A DNA stretch of 63,823 nt, counting the filler, from Octopus bimaculoides (Eukaryota), in NCBI RefSeq assembly GCF_001194135.2. It is 5 parts of 4 records of this genome, joined end to end, with 100 filler letters (N's around TTAATTAATTAA, not from the genome) between each part and the next. Parts side by side here need not be neighbours in the genome. Positions count along the whole stretch, not along the records: positions 1 to 31,389 come from NC_068994.1; 4 more parts are not named here. The stretch is one strand, 5' to 3'. Made by a program: the position numbers and the translations under genes. The notes below the pieces were generated by a model, which saw only the letters and a list, made by a program, of their open reading frames with translations, was not told the DNA's origin and ran no database searches. Of this stretch, positions 1 to 12,879 are shown piece by piece; position 1 is the first letter of the stretch; the number at the start of each line of letters is the position of its first letter.

Positions 1-71
1 TATATATATATATATTTATATATATATACACACACACACACACATGCATACACACATCCACACACACACAC

Positions 72-104
<33 letters not shown>

Positions 105-235
105 AAGAGAGAGAATGAGAAACAAAAGAAAATTGATTCACATGCATATATATGTGTGCACGCATGTGTGTGTATATATATATATATAAATTTATACATG
201 TGTGTGAGTATATATATATATATAACAGATAGATG
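1..235. repeat. (TA)n/(CA)n/(GA)n microsatellite mosaic
   Basis: Direct reading; typical of dozens of similar tracts throughout the window. Confidence 0.9.
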
Positions 236-392
236 TTCCAATATTCTGCATATGTATGCATGCATGAATGCACACATGTATATAAAACACTAATCACTAG
301 AATTAGAGGAGATTAGCAGCAGTCTGCACATCAGCATAGATCAATTGTGCAGCAGGGGTGAAGAAGCTGGAGGGGGGAGGGGAACAAAAGAA

Positions 393-438
<46 letters not shown>

Positions 439-649
439 GAGGGTAAAAAAAAATGGTGTAGCAAATTGAAGGTTTCTGCTAGTGTTATGCTGGTGTGCAG
501 CACAACAGAAGAGAACAAACTCTTCAGAGTGGATTGAAAGGGGTGGATGGGTGAATAAGAACCTTAAACATAGGGGGAAGTGGGACAGAACGAGGGGCAT
601 GAGATATACGAGATATTAGAGTGAGTATGTGCATGTGTATGTGTGTGCT

Positions 650-702
<53 letters not shown>

Positions 703-1009
703 AGAGAGAGAGAGAGATGTTGAAATGAAGAGGAAGAAAAGAGGTGGGGGAAATAGATGGAGATGCTGATAGGGCAGGGCCAGGGATAATTGTGGGAGAA
801 TACAAAGAACTTCTGGTAGAAAAAGAAGAGGTGAAAAGAACTGGTCTCTTCACTTTCTCATTTTCTTTATATAGCTTTTTTTGTTTGTTTGTTTTTTTTT
901 ACCATTTTTTAAATTATGTTTTTGTTTTTCCTTTGCTGGGGATGAAATACAGGGGCGGGGACGAATCTACTAGTTTACCGAAATGATGCAATATATTAGT
1001 TCTTTAAGG

Positions 1010-1380
1010 AGAATGTATGTACATGTGTATGTATGCATGCTTGTTTACATGTGTGTATATATATGTGTGTATCTGTGTGTGTGTGTAACTCTATATGTAT
1101 GTGAATCTATCTATCTATCTATCTATCTGTGTGTGTGTGTCTACTTATCTATATGTGTGTGTATCTATCTATCTGTCTATTTATCTATCTATGTGCCTGT
1201 ATATCTATCTATCTGTGTATGTGGGTATGTGTGTGTGTGTATTTATCTATTACTATGTGTGTATGTATGTGTTTGTCTATCTATATGTATGTGTGTGTGT
1301 ATCTATCTATCTCTATGTGTATGTGTGTGTGTGCATATCTATCCACCTATATGTATGTGTGCCTGTCTGTCTCTCTCTCT
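1010..1380. repeat. (TG)/(TATC)/(TATG) low-complexity tract
   Basis: Direct reading; source of the Y/V/C/I-rich ORFs at 983-1462. Confidence 0.85.
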
Positions 1381-1683
1381 TTGTATTGTCTCATACACAC
1401 AGTATACAGCTATGAGCTACGTCTCACCAGATGAAGCACTTTTTTTTGTGATTTTACCATAATAGACACNNNNNNNNNNNNNNNNNNNNNNNNNNNNNNN
1501 NNNNNNNNNNNNNNNNNNNNNNNNNNNNNNNNNNNNNNNNNNNNNNNNNNNNNNNNNNNNNNNNNNNNNNNNNNNNNNNNNNNNNNNNNNNNNNNNNNNN
1601 NNNNNNNNNNNNNNNNNNNNNNNNNNNNNNNNNNNNNNNNNNNNNNNNNNNNNNNNNNNNNNNNNNNNNNNNNNNNNNNNTAT

Positions 1684-1940
1684 TAGTGGTACAGTGGTAC
1701 TGCTAGGGTAATGTTATTTGCAGTGATGTTGCTGGTGTAGTGTTGTTGGTGCAGCGTTAATGCCAGCAATGCAGTGGTACTGCCAGTGATGCAGTGGTAG
1801 TGCAGGAGTTGTGGTAGTGGTACAGTAGTACTGCTGGGGTAATGTTATTTGCACAGTGGTGCTGCTGGTGTAGTGTTGTTGGTGCAGTGGCAATGCCAGT
1901 GATGCAGCGGTACTGCAGGAGTTGTGGTAGTGGTACAGGT
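1684..1940. repeat. Degenerate tandem repeat, two units of about 131 and 113 bp plus a partial third
   Basis: TAGTGGTACAGT.GTACTGCT.GGGTAATGTTATTTGCA recurs at about 1684 and 1815; TAGTGGTACAG recurs again at about 1928. Confidence 0.75.
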
Positions 1941-2089
1941 ACAGTGTTTGGTGTAGTGGTAATGCAGTGGTAGACACAGTCTGTCTGCTTCAGGGAAGTA
2001 ACATCTCCAATCAATGGAACCTTGGCAAGAGAAACTGCAGTAAACAACATAACAGAAGCAAAGAGCTGAGGAAACTGCTTAACAGATGG

Positions 2090-2450
2090 TTGGTGGGTGG
2101 GTGGGTGATAGAAGAGTAGTGGTGAATGGGGGGGGGGCGACGTTGGTATGATAGTGAAGGTGGTGGTGGTGGTTGTATAGGTGATGGTGGTGATGGGAGT
2201 GATGAAGGTAGTGGTATAGATGATGGAAGTGGTAGGGAAGGTGGTGGGTGGCAGGGTAGGGTGAAGGTGGTGGTGGTATAGGTGGAGGTGGTAGTGGTGA
2301 TGAGGGTGATAGTCATGGTGGTGGTGGTAGTATCGGTGATGGAGGTGATAGTCGTGGTGGTGGAAGTGGTGAAGATGATGGTGGTGGTGGTGAAGGTAAT
2401 GGAAGTGGTAAAGGTGGTGGTAAGAGTGATGGTGAAGGTGGTAGCAGTAA
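2090..2450. repeat. GGT/GAT/GGA-rich low-complexity tract
   Basis: Direct reading. Confidence 0.8.
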
Positions 2451-2910
2451 TTGATTAGTGAGAAATAGGGGGAAGAGGGAATGGGGAGATATCAATAGAG
2501 ACAATAGTGAAGGGGTGACAGAAGCAGAGATGGAGGTGATGGTACAGGGTTTGTTGGTGATGGTGGTGGCTGTAACGGCGTTGGTGGTGAAGATTATTAT
2601 GTCAGCATTTCATCTCTTGTCTATTCAACAGAACTTTACACAACAATAGAAACAACAGCAAATCATTAACATAAAACAATTTTATTTTTTGAACCCCCAC
2701 CCCACCAAGAAAAAAAAAAAACGAAAACTCATTATTCTAGTGATAAGGATTCCCAGCTTTCACCTACGCATTTGGTGGGGTGGGGGTCGCAGAGGGATTT
2801 GATTCCAAGCATAAGAAAGGATTAACTATGACTGTAATGGCAGTGCCCCAGCATGGCCACAGCCAGATGGAAAAAATTTGTAAAAGAGTATTCTCTCCCT
2901 ACCTCCATAT

Positions 2911-2955
<45 letters not shown>

Positions 2956-2962
2956 CAAGTGC

Positions 2963-3075
2963 AGACATGGTTGTGTGGTTAAGAAGTTTGCTTCTGAACC
3001 ATGTGGTTTCAAGTTCAGTTCCAAAGCCAACCGAAGGTCTTGTGAGTGGATATGGTAGATGGAAACAATAGGAAT
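2963..3075 (+). mobile_element. SINE family A (tRNA-head, CORE-like), internally deleted 5' part
   Basis: GGTTGTGTGGTTAAGAAGTTTGCTT...GTTCAGTTCC...CTTGTGAGTGGATATGGTAGATGGAAAC matches the other family A copies in the window. Confidence 0.6.
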
Positions 3076-3094
3076 CCCATTGGATTTGAACTGC

Positions 3095-3215
3095 CAGGGA
3101 TTTGAACTGCCTTTCATCCTTTCATAGTCGATAAAGTACCAGTGAAACACTGGGGTTGATGTAATTGATAGCCCCCTCCCAAAATGGCTACCCTTGTAGC
3201 AAAATTTGAAACAAT
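3095..3215 (+). mobile_element. SINE family B, 3' part
   Basis: GCCTTTCATCCTTT...GTCGATAAAGTACCAG...CTGGGGTTGATGTAATTGA matches the family B central and 3' domain. Confidence 0.55.
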
Positions 3216-3930
3216 TATTGTTGTTGTTGTTGTTGCTGTCAAATGGACTATTTGGAAACAATGTACTAAAACAGATTAAGTATTAAGTATAGAAAATGTG
3301 TGAAATATATGCAAATATTTGTTTTAATAACACAGTGGTGTTTGTTTAGTAGAACTGAGGCAGTAAAGGAATGATGTAAAATAAAAATCACACACTTTGT
3401 ATATTAACACTTATTACACAAATCACCCGCCCACCCCAAAGAGTAAAATCTGGTTATATGTCTATTATATTACAAGGCATATACATTATATATATTATAT
3501 AAATATATTTATTAAAATGTACATAATCACTGCCGTCATTGTTCTACATCCAGTTTTCCATGCCAGCACTGTGCACGGTGCATGACGAGATGAAGGACAG
3601 ACCACAGCGCCATATTTCGTCACCCACTGCAGTGCATCTCGTCCCCACCACCATGGTCCTTCATCATCTAATAATATGCACAATAGCCCTGACGTTGGGT
3701 AAGCCTTACAGCAGAGCCTGCATGCATTTTATCATACCATGTTTGTTTGCAGCCAGACTGAAGCAAGTCATCTATGCTGTGTTACTTCTTCTTCAGAGTC
3801 TTGTTTTGTCTTGTGTGTGTGTGAGTGGTGGTGGTGGGGGGTGACTCTCTCGCTGTTTCAACAAATGAGGATTCTGCAGAAGTTTGCTGAACAAACTGCA
3901 CAAGGAATATTATTATAATTCACATAAGCT

Positions 3931-4320
3931 GCAGGAGGGGCTGTGTGGTAAGTAGTTTGCTTACCAACCACATGGTTCCGGGTTCGGTCCCACTGTGTGG
4001 CACCTTGGGCAAGTGACTTCTACTATAGCCTCAAACAGACCAAAGCCTTATAAGCGGATTTGGTAGACGGAAACTGAAAGAAGCCCGTCGTATATATGTG
4101 CGTGAGTGTGTGTGTCTGTGTGTGTTTGTCCCCCCCACTATCGCTTGACAACCAATGCTGGTGTGTTTATGTCCCCGTCACTTAGCGATTCTGCAAAAGA
4201 GACCGATAGAACAAGTACTAGGCTTACAAAGAATAAGTCCTGGGTCAATTTGTTCGAGTAAAGGCAGTGCTCCAGCATGGCTGCAGTCAAGTGACTGAAA
4301 CAAATAAAAGAATAAAAGAA
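3931..4320 (+). mobile_element. SINE family A, full length (probably octopus OR-type CORE-SINE)
   Basis: A-box-like GGCTGTGTGG and B-box-like GGTTCGGTCCC, then CORE-like CCTTGGGCAAGTGACTTCTACTATAGCCTC, an internal (TG)n, and a 3' end GACTGAAACAAATAAAAGAATAAAAGAA. At least 10 homologous copies occur in the window. Confidence 0.9.
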
Positions 4321-4334
4321 TGGTTTATGCAGAC

Positions 4335-4470
4335 TCAGTCCCATTCCAGCCATGACCATCCCATTGTTTTATGGGTTTTGTAGCACCACACTACATACAG
4401 AATCCTTTAGCAAGATGATATCCGGAGAAAATTTGGCTGCTACTTCTAGGAGAACATATGACCATGGAGA
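4335..4470 (-). mobile_element. Short interspersed element family E/F, fragment
   Basis: CATTCCAGCCATGACCATCCC followed by ATTTGGCTGCTACTTCTAG; the same pair and order occur at 27826-28115. Confidence 0.4.
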
Positions 4471-4613
4471 GGCTAACAATGGTGGTGTTAGTGGTATTGG
4501 CTATAGTGTTGTTAGTGGTGTGAAATGCATTAGTAAGGATTTTCGGTGTTCATGTTGTAGTGGTGGTGATGATGATGGTGGTAGTGGTAGTAGCAGCAAT
4601 AATAAGAGTGACA

Positions 4614-4651
<38 letters not shown>

Positions 4652-4835
4652 TAATAACGATAATAAATAATAATTAAATATGCAAGAAGCAGCAGCAGCC
4701 ACTAATAGTGCCACCAGAGACATCTCTGACTGGTTTTCACAAAGCTTAAGCAATGTGTATGTATGTGCATGTGAACACAAGAATAGTGAAACACATTCAT
4801 ATATATATACACACACATATATGATATATAAGCAT

Positions 4836-4868
<33 letters not shown>

Positions 4869-5880
4869 CACATTTATATAGATATATATATGCATATATA
4901 TGTGCAAACACACATATTTACACATACACATATATATATATATACACACAAATACATAATTACAACCACCCACACATTCAAACCCATTTATGTATATGCA
5001 CACATAGTCAAACATATATATTCAACTACATTCAAATACACATGCACACACACCCTTGCAAGTGGGCATATGGTTTTCAGTCTTCCATTTGTCTTATCTT
5101 GGACAACAAATCAGTTTTTCATTCCTATACTGGAATCTCCTTGGCAGCATCAGATACCAAGACTTTTACTAAATTAGATGAAACATCTGTACAATGACAC
5201 AGGCAAACACAACATCTGTATAGTGTTTATAAAACATGAGTGAGTGAGTGTACGTCTTATATATATATATATATATATATNNNNNNNNNNNNNNNNNNNN
5301 NNNNNNNNNNNNNNNNNNNNNNNNNNNNNNNNNNNNNNNNNNNNNNNNNNNNNNNNNNNNNNNNNNNNNNNNNNNNNNNNNNNNNNNNNNNNNNNNNNNN
5401 NNNNNNNNNNNNNNNNNNNNNNNNNNNNNNNNNNNNNNNNNNNNNNNNNNNNNNNNNNNNNNNNNNNNNNNNNNNNNNNNNNNNNNNNNNNNNNNNNNNN
5501 NNNNNNNNNNNNNNNNNNNNNNNNNNNNNNNNNNNNNNNNNNNNNNNNNNNNNNNNNNNNNNNNNNNNNNNNNNNNNNNNNNNNNNNNNNNNNNNNNNNN
5601 NNNNNNNNNNNNNNNNNNNNNNNNNNNNNNNNNNNNNNNNNNNNNNNNNNNNNNNNNNNNNNNNNNNNNNNNNNNNNNNNNNNNNNNNNNNNNNNNNNNN
5701 NNNNNNNNNNNNNNNNNNNNNNNNNNNNNNNNNNNNNNNNNNNNNNNNNNNNNNNNNNNNNNNNNNNNNNNNNNNNNNNNNNNNNNNNNNNNNNNNNNNN
5801 NNNNNNNNNNNNNNNNNNNNNNNNNNNNNNNNNNNNNNNNNNNNNNNNNNNNNNNNNNNNNNNNNNNNNNNNNNNNNNNN

Positions 5881-5912
<32 letters not shown>

Positions 5913-6367
5913 ATTTCACTCACCACCACCTCTCCCTCACTTTCCCCCTTGAAATAATCACATGGGAGCAGTACAGAAGGGCTAAGTAACGGAGGAACAA
6001 GCAGAATTATTATAAGATGAATAAAGTGACTCAACAATAAAATAAACAAAAACAAACAAGTAAATAAATAAATTTGTTATGGGGGGTTAGGGTTTTCATT
6101 CAAAAGTTGAGAAATATGGAAAACTAACGAGAAACTTAGAGGTCTTATGTCAAGGCTGTAGACTTTCATATTTGTACGTAATAACGAGTGCACAATGGAT
6201 TTGAATAAGAAGCCAAGAAAATGGTAAGGTACTTTAAGAACAGAATGAAGTAAGAAGTAAACTGATCTGTACTCTTCAAATACAATTGCTACTGTGAAAA
6301 TTTGTAATTTTAGGGTTTCTCCACTTTAGGTTCCTTACAGCAACATTCACAAGTGTCTGCGTGTATA

Positions 6368-6400
<33 letters not shown>

Positions 6401-6554
6401 TATGGATATCTACAAATCTCAAGAGCTAATGCTTTGGCATTTTATTAGTGAGTGGCTTGAATTCTACAAAAGGGAAAAATCTAAAACCCCAAAGAAAAAT
6501 ATAAACATGTATATAGACACACACATATACATACATGCATGTACAAATATATAT

Positions 6555-6585
<31 letters not shown>

Positions 6586-6920
6586 CATACACATATGCAG
6601 ACATGTATATACATACATATTCACAGATGCATGTACATACATTATATACATACATACACAGATGCATATACACACACATGGACATATATNNNNNNNNNNN
6701 NNNNNNNNNNNNNNNNNNNNNNNNNNNNNNNNNNNNNNNNNNNNNNNNNNNNNNNNNNNNNNNNNNNNNNNNNNNNNNNNNNNNNNNNNNNNNNNNNNNN
6801 NNNNNNNNNNNNNNNNNNNNNNNNNNNNNNNNNNNNNNNNNNNNNNNNNNNNNNATATACACATGTATATACATATCTATATATATATATACACACACAC
6901 ATACATAGACATACATATGT

Positions 6921-7140
6921 ATCATCATCATCATCATCATCGTTTAACGTCCGCTTTCCATACTAGCATGGGTTGGACGATTTGACTGAGGACTGGTGAA
7001 ACCGGATGGCAACACCAGGCTCCAGTCTGATTTGGCAGAGTTTCTACAGCTGGATGCCCTTCCTAACGCCAACCACTCAGAGAGTGTAGTGGGTGCTTTT
7101 ACGTGTCACCCGCACAAAAACGGCCACGCTCGAAATGGTG
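6921..7140 (-). mobile_element. RTE-type LINE 3' end (family D) with (GAT)n tail
   Basis: The reverse strand reads GGTTGGCGTTAGGAAGGGCATCCAGCTGTAGAAAC...CGTCCAACCCATGCTAGTATGGAAAGCGGACGTTAAACGATGATGATG. The same 3' UTR is attached to RTE C-terminal codons at 26220-26335 and 20290-20360. Confidence 0.8.
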
Positions 7141-7304
7141 TCTTTTGCGCATATCTATATATATATATATATACACACACATACATATGTATGTATACAC
7201 ACACACACATATATATATATATACACACACATGCATACATATACATTTATATATATACACACATACATACATATGTATGTATATATACATGTCTTTCTTT
7301 CTCT

Positions 7305-7344
<40 letters not shown>

Positions 7345-8369
7345 TATATACTTTTATAAAACAAATTTTACAAAATATATAGTATCTGTAAACAGTCTTA
7401 GCCAAAAACTCACAGTTGAGTTTTTGTATATATATATGTATACACGTCTCTTAAAGGATAGAGCTCAAAATCAATGCATTGAAGATACTTTATTGCAGCA
7501 ACAATTATNNNNNNNNNNNNNNNNNNNNNNNNNNNNNNNNNNNNNNNNNNNNNNNNNNNNNNNNNNNNNNNNNNNNNNNNNNNNNNNNNNNNNNNNNNNN
7601 NNNNNNNNNNNNNNNNNNNNNNNNNNNNNNNNNNNNNNNNNNNNNNNNNNNNNNNNNNNNNNNNNNNNNNNNNNNNNNNNNNNNNNNNNNNNNNNNNNNN
7701 NNNNNNNNNNNNNNNNNNNNNNNNNNNNNNNNNNNNNNNNNNNNNNNNNNNNNNNNNNNNNNNNNNNNNNNNNNNNNNNNNNNNNNNNNNNNNNNNNNNN
7801 NNNNNNNNNNNNNNNNNNNNNNNNNNNNNNNNNNNNNNNNNNNNNNNNNNNNNNNNNNNNNNNNNNNNNNNNNNNNNNNNNNNNNNNNNNNNNNNNNNNN
7901 NNNNNNNNNNNNNNNNNNNNNNNNNNNNNNNNNNNNNNNNNNNNNNNNNNNNNNNNNNNNNNNNNNNNNNNNNNNNNNNNNNNNNNNNNNNNNNNNNNNN
8001 NNNNNNNNNNNNNNNNNNNNNNNNNNNNNNNNNNNNNNNNNNNNNNNNNNNNNNNNNNNNNNNNNNNNNNNNNNNNNNNNNNNNNNNNNNNNNNNNNNNN
8101 NNNNNNNNNNNNNNNNNNNNNNNNNNNNNNNNNNNNNNNNNNNNNNNNNNNNNNNNNNNNNNNNNNNNNNNNNNNNNNNNNNNNNNNNNNNNNNNNNNNN
8201 NNNNNNNNNNNNNNNNNNNNNNNNNNNNNNNNNNNNNNNNNNNNNNNNNNNNNNNNNNNNNNNNNNNNNNNNNNNNNNNNNNNNNNNNNNNNNNNNNNNN
8301 NNNNNNNNNNNNNNNNNNNNNNNNNNNNNNNNNNNNNNNNNNNNNNNNNNNNNNNNNNNACATGTCCAT

Positions 8370-8670
8370 ACCAGCGCAATCGTCTCTCTTGCACACCACA
8401 ACTGATGCTTCTAATGTTCAGCTTTTCTCTCAAGATACTTACACTCTGACGGGTATTCACATTGACATTACACATCCAATGGAGCATACTGGCTTCATTC
8501 CTTGCGAGCTTACGTATGTCCTCAGCAGTTACAGCCCATGTTTCACTGCCATGTAGCATGGCTGTTCGTACGCATGCGTCATACAGTCTGCCTTTTACTC
8601 TGAGTGAGAGTCCCTTTGTCGCCAGCAGGGGTAAGAGCTCTCTAAACTTTGCCCAGGCTATTCTTATTCT
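8370..8670 (-). mobile_element. RTE-clade LINE ORF fragment (post-RT region), 5' truncated, runs into gap
   Basis: ARIRIAWAKFRELLPLL...GRLYDACVRTAMLHGSETWAVT...MLHWMCNV...RRLRWYGH is a classic RTE signature. Confidence 0.92.
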
Positions 8671-9537
8671 AGCAGCTATACACATACATACATACAAACA
8701 TACATGCACCAATACATATACACACACATACCAATACATATACATGCATATATATACACACACACACACATACGTACATGTGTTTGTGTGTGTGTGTATG
8801 TATACATATATAAAAAAAAAAAAATAGATATCCACAAGCATTAATCCGGAACAGAAGACTATAGAGAAGACCATATGCGACATGCGGATATGTGGACCAA
8901 GTTCCATGGGTAGACATATTCTTTGTGTTCTTAGACTGGTGTTCATAAATGTCTTATATAAAATTAATTTAAAATCATCATTATCATCAACATATGCTTA
9001 CACTGACACACACTCCCACATACGTACACATCACATATACATTCACACATACATGTACACACCAAATACATGTGCACAGCATATACATGCACATATGTGC
9101 AGGAGTGCACTGCAATGAATGCTTATAATTTACATGTATTATTAATTAACTGAAGAGGTGTCTGTTTTGGAAAATTAGAAAGAGAGAGAGAGAGAGAGAG
9201 AGAGCAGAAAAAAGTTAGATAGAGGGGGAGTAAGAGTGAAATAAACAGGAGGTGGAGTGGAGAGAGAGGGGGGGAGCAGAGATGGAGATGAAGAAGAAAA
9301 TATGGTAGACTAGGTACAGTGTGGATGGATAACCCAAATCACTGGCGCCAGCAGGAATTAAACTCAGAATGGAAAAAGGTTTAACTAAATACTGCAAAAC
9401 ATTAATAACTGATGCTCCACTGATTCTACCATCTGCTGTCCTTCTTAATAACAGCAACAGCATAATTTCTAACACATACTCTTTGGGGAAACGGCTTTTG
9501 TTCAGTTATATGGACAAAGATACTATTTTGTCTACTA

Positions 9538-9753
9538 CAGTTGTTCTGAACCATTTTTTTTTTTTTTTTGCCTGTGGACACTTTTGATCCCTATTTTATT
9601 CTTCTGGATCCCCATAGCCATTTTGATGTTTTAAAAAAATCTTGTTTAAATATGATTAGTAACTGTATAAAAAAATTGTTATAATATTTTGTATACTGTA
9701 GAAGCTTAACCAATTTAATAAAATCCTATATGGACCCCAGATGACAACCACTG
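9538..9753. mobile_element. Degenerate hAT/Charlie-like MITE
   Basis: Ends CAGTTGTTCTGAACC and GATGACAACCACTG resemble CAGTGGTTCTCAACC-type TIRs; no matching 8-bp TSD. Confidence 0.4.
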
Positions 9754-10017
9754 GCTTATTGGTCTCTATTTTATCAACCCTTGAAAAATATAAAGCAAAG
9801 GTGACATTAGTGGGGACTGAACTTAGTATGTTAAAATCCAAAACTAATACCACAAGGCATTTTGCTCAATGCTCTGAAGCAACCAGAGGCAAATTGTTCT
9901 GAATGGAACACTTAATGCAAAATTACCTTGAAACCTTGTAGTAGTGTGGCCCACCTGATGATAAGCTATGTCTCATGTGGCCCACTTCTCGGAAAAGATT
10001 GCCCATACTTGCTCTAA

Positions 10018-10235
10018 CCCTTTCGTTACTAAGCCAGCTGAAACCAGCTTTGGCTCTGAGTACAAATGTCTTGTTTTCATAAGTTTTGAATTAAATTCTC
10101 CCACCAAACCTTAGTCACAATTTATGTTCCTAACACTAGCTGAATGATAACTAAGTTGTTTTATTAAATTCTTTGTTATATTTAAAATAATTGAAAGAAA
10201 CTGAGCATCTAAAAAAAAATACAGTAACGAAAGGG
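10018..10235. mobile_element. piggyBac-like MITE, 218 bp
   Basis: Perfect 13-bp TIR CCCTTTCGTTACT / AGTAACGAAAGGG; flanks are CTAA (10014-10017) and TTAA (10236-10239). Confidence 0.8.
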
Positions 10236-11558
10236 TTAAAGGCTAATTCACTGCCCTTGAATAAGTTACAATTTAGGCACAGGGCTGGCAGTTTTGAGAG
10301 GAGTTTTGAAAGAATGAAGGGTAAAACTGACTTCAACAAGATTTGAACTTGAAACATGAAGTGTCTTCAACTATTGCCTCAGGCCAACCGAGGTAGTTAG
10401 GAACTGATAGAAGCTCATTATATACGTGTGTGTATTCTTTTATTCGTTTCAGCCCTAAGGCTGTGGCCATGATGGGACACCTAGCAATAATTATAATAGA
10501 GAATATGGAGACGGGTACATATACATGTACATACATACATACNNNNNNNNNNNNNNNNNNNNNNNNNNNNNNNNNNNNNNNNNNNNNNNNNNNNNNNNNN
10601 NNNNNNNNNNNNNNNNNNNNNNNNNNNNNNNNNNNNNNNNNNNNNNNNNNNNNNNNNNNNNNNNNNNNNNNNNNNNNNNNNNNNNNNNNNNNNNNNNNNN
10701 NNNNNNNNNNNNNNNNNNNNNNNNNNNNNNNNNNNNNNNNNNNNNNNNNNNNNNNNNNNNNNNNNNNNNNNNNNNNNNNNNNNNNNNNNNNNNNNNNNNN
10801 NNNNNNNNNNNNNNNNNNNNNNNNNNNNNNNNNNNNNNNNNNNNNNNNNNNNNNNNNNNNNNNNNNNNNNNNNNNNNNNNNNNNNNNNNNNNNNNNNNNN
10901 NNNNNNNNNNNNNNNNNNNNNNNNNNNNNNNNNNNNNNNNNNNNNNNNNNNNNNNNNNNNNNNNNNNNNNNNNNNNNNNNNNNNNNNNNNNNNNNNNNNN
11001 NNNNNNNNNNNNNNNNNNNNNNNNNNNNNNNNNNNNNNNNNNNNNNNNNNNNNNNNNNNNNNNNNNNNNNNNNNNNNNNNNNNNNNNNNNNNNNNNNNNN
11101 NNNNNNNNNNNNNNNNNNNNNNNNNNNNNNNNNNNNNNNNNNNNNNNNNNNNNNNNNNNNNNNNNNNNNNNNNNNNNNNNNNNNNNNNNNNNNNNNNNNN
11201 NNNNNNNNNNNNNNNNNNNNNNNNNNNNNNNNNNNNNNNNNNNNNNNNNNNNNNATTGTGAAGAAACGTTCAATCGTATTTTTTTTTTTCTATATGAAAA
11301 AAACTAAAACGTGTATTAAACACAAATGAATTTGATAGATGCAAGGGAGAGGTAAGGGGTGGAGGACATAAACGAATGGGTGGTGAATGGTTTGATAAAT
11401 GAATGGGTAGATAAGCGTGGTGGTGGTGGTGGTGAGGGAGGAGAGACAGATTAAAACAGACAGACTTTTTCGTTTCTTTGTTTGATTCTTCCCACCACAC
11501 CACCCATGATTTAAAAGTAACAGATTTACACCATATACACAATACACACACACACAAT

Positions 11559-11592
<34 letters not shown>

Positions 11593-12689
11593 TCTATATC
11601 TATTCATATATGTGTGTGTGTGTGTGTGTATGCATGCATGTGTATACATATGAGAAATGTCTGTATCAATATGTATGCATATATATAGATGTGTGTGTGT
11701 GTATATATACATGTATGTGTGTATATATATATATATAATGTATGTCTATATATATATGTATGTGTATATGTTTGTGTATGTATGTGTATATGTTTGTGTA
11801 TGTATATGCATATGTATATATGTGTACATATATTTATATGTGTGTGTGTGTATTCACATATACATATGTGTGTAAGTGTGAATGTGTGTGTCTACGTGTG
11901 TGAGTGTGTGTGTGTATACACACACACATGATATGTTCAAGGCGATTCTAATTTTACACAGCAGAATAACAGAACACAGGGAAACAGAATGAGACAAAAC
12001 AAAATCGAAAAATACCAAAGGAGAAAAAAAAAAAGAACAAATACAAACAAAAAGGAAAAAAAAATTCCTGATACAAATTAAAAGTACTAAGAATGACAAT
12101 AAATTAAAACAAATCAAGAGAAAATTAAATTATTTTATGATATCTGATGGTTTTAATATTACCATCATCACCATTATTATCATTATTATTATTATTACGA
12201 TCAACACATTACAACACACTAATGTTGCTATCACAATTACATAAAAACTACCAGTTCAGCCACAATCATAATCAGCTCCACCATTATAATTATCGTCACC
12301 ATCATCATCATCATCATCGTCGTCGTTGCCATTAGCACTGATATCTATTCCATCACTATAATCATTTGTCTCTTCTACATCCACCAACACCATTACTTCA
12401 CGAGGACCATCCCATCATCATCATCATCATCATCATCATGAGCAGCAGCAGTAGTAGCAAAACCATAAGCATCCTAGTAGAAATATAACCACCAGACAAT
12501 GCTCTTAGCAGGACAGTTACCAGCATCAACATCTCCATCAATATCGCGAACACCCACTCACCGTCTCACCCACCAATGCAGACAAACTGCTACCACCACC
12601 ACCGTCACCACCACAAACATCATCAACACAACCAACACTATCATCACCATGACCACCACTAACATCATCATCATCATAATTGTATATGT

Positions 12690-12855
12690 GGAGGCATGGC
12701 TGTGTGGTAATAAACTCGTTTCCCAACCACATGGCTTTTAGGTTCAGTTCCACTGTACAGTACCTCGAGTGAGTGTCTTCTACTATAGTCCTGAGCTGAT
12801 CAAAGCCTTGTGTTGATTCGGTAGACAGAAACTGAAAGAAGCCCACTGTATATAT
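12690..12855 (+). mobile_element. SINE family A, 5' half
   Basis: GGCATGGCTGTGTGGTAA...CCCAACCACATGG...GTGTCTTCTACTATAG...GAAACTGAAAGAAGCCC. Confidence 0.75.
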
Positions 12856-12879
12856 GTATATATATATATATTTATATAT

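Noticed and set aside
1996-2090. Possible exon after CTGCTTCAG (GSNISNQWNLGKRN...)
   Set aside because: No recognisable homology and a weak donor; cannot be supported without RNA-seq.
3590-3697. Possible exon ending at TTGG|GTAAGC (…PHHHGPSSSNNMHNSPDV)
   Set aside because: Good donor but ambiguous acceptor and frame; no family match.
3931-4010. tRNA genes at SINE heads
   Set aside because: Only A/B-box-like remnants are present; there is no complete cloverleaf, and each continues into a SINE body.
9313-9450. Open frames GTVWMDNPNHWRQQELNSEWKK (+) and GRISGASVINVLQYLVKPF (-)
   Set aside because: Protein-like but unrecognised; poor splice context.
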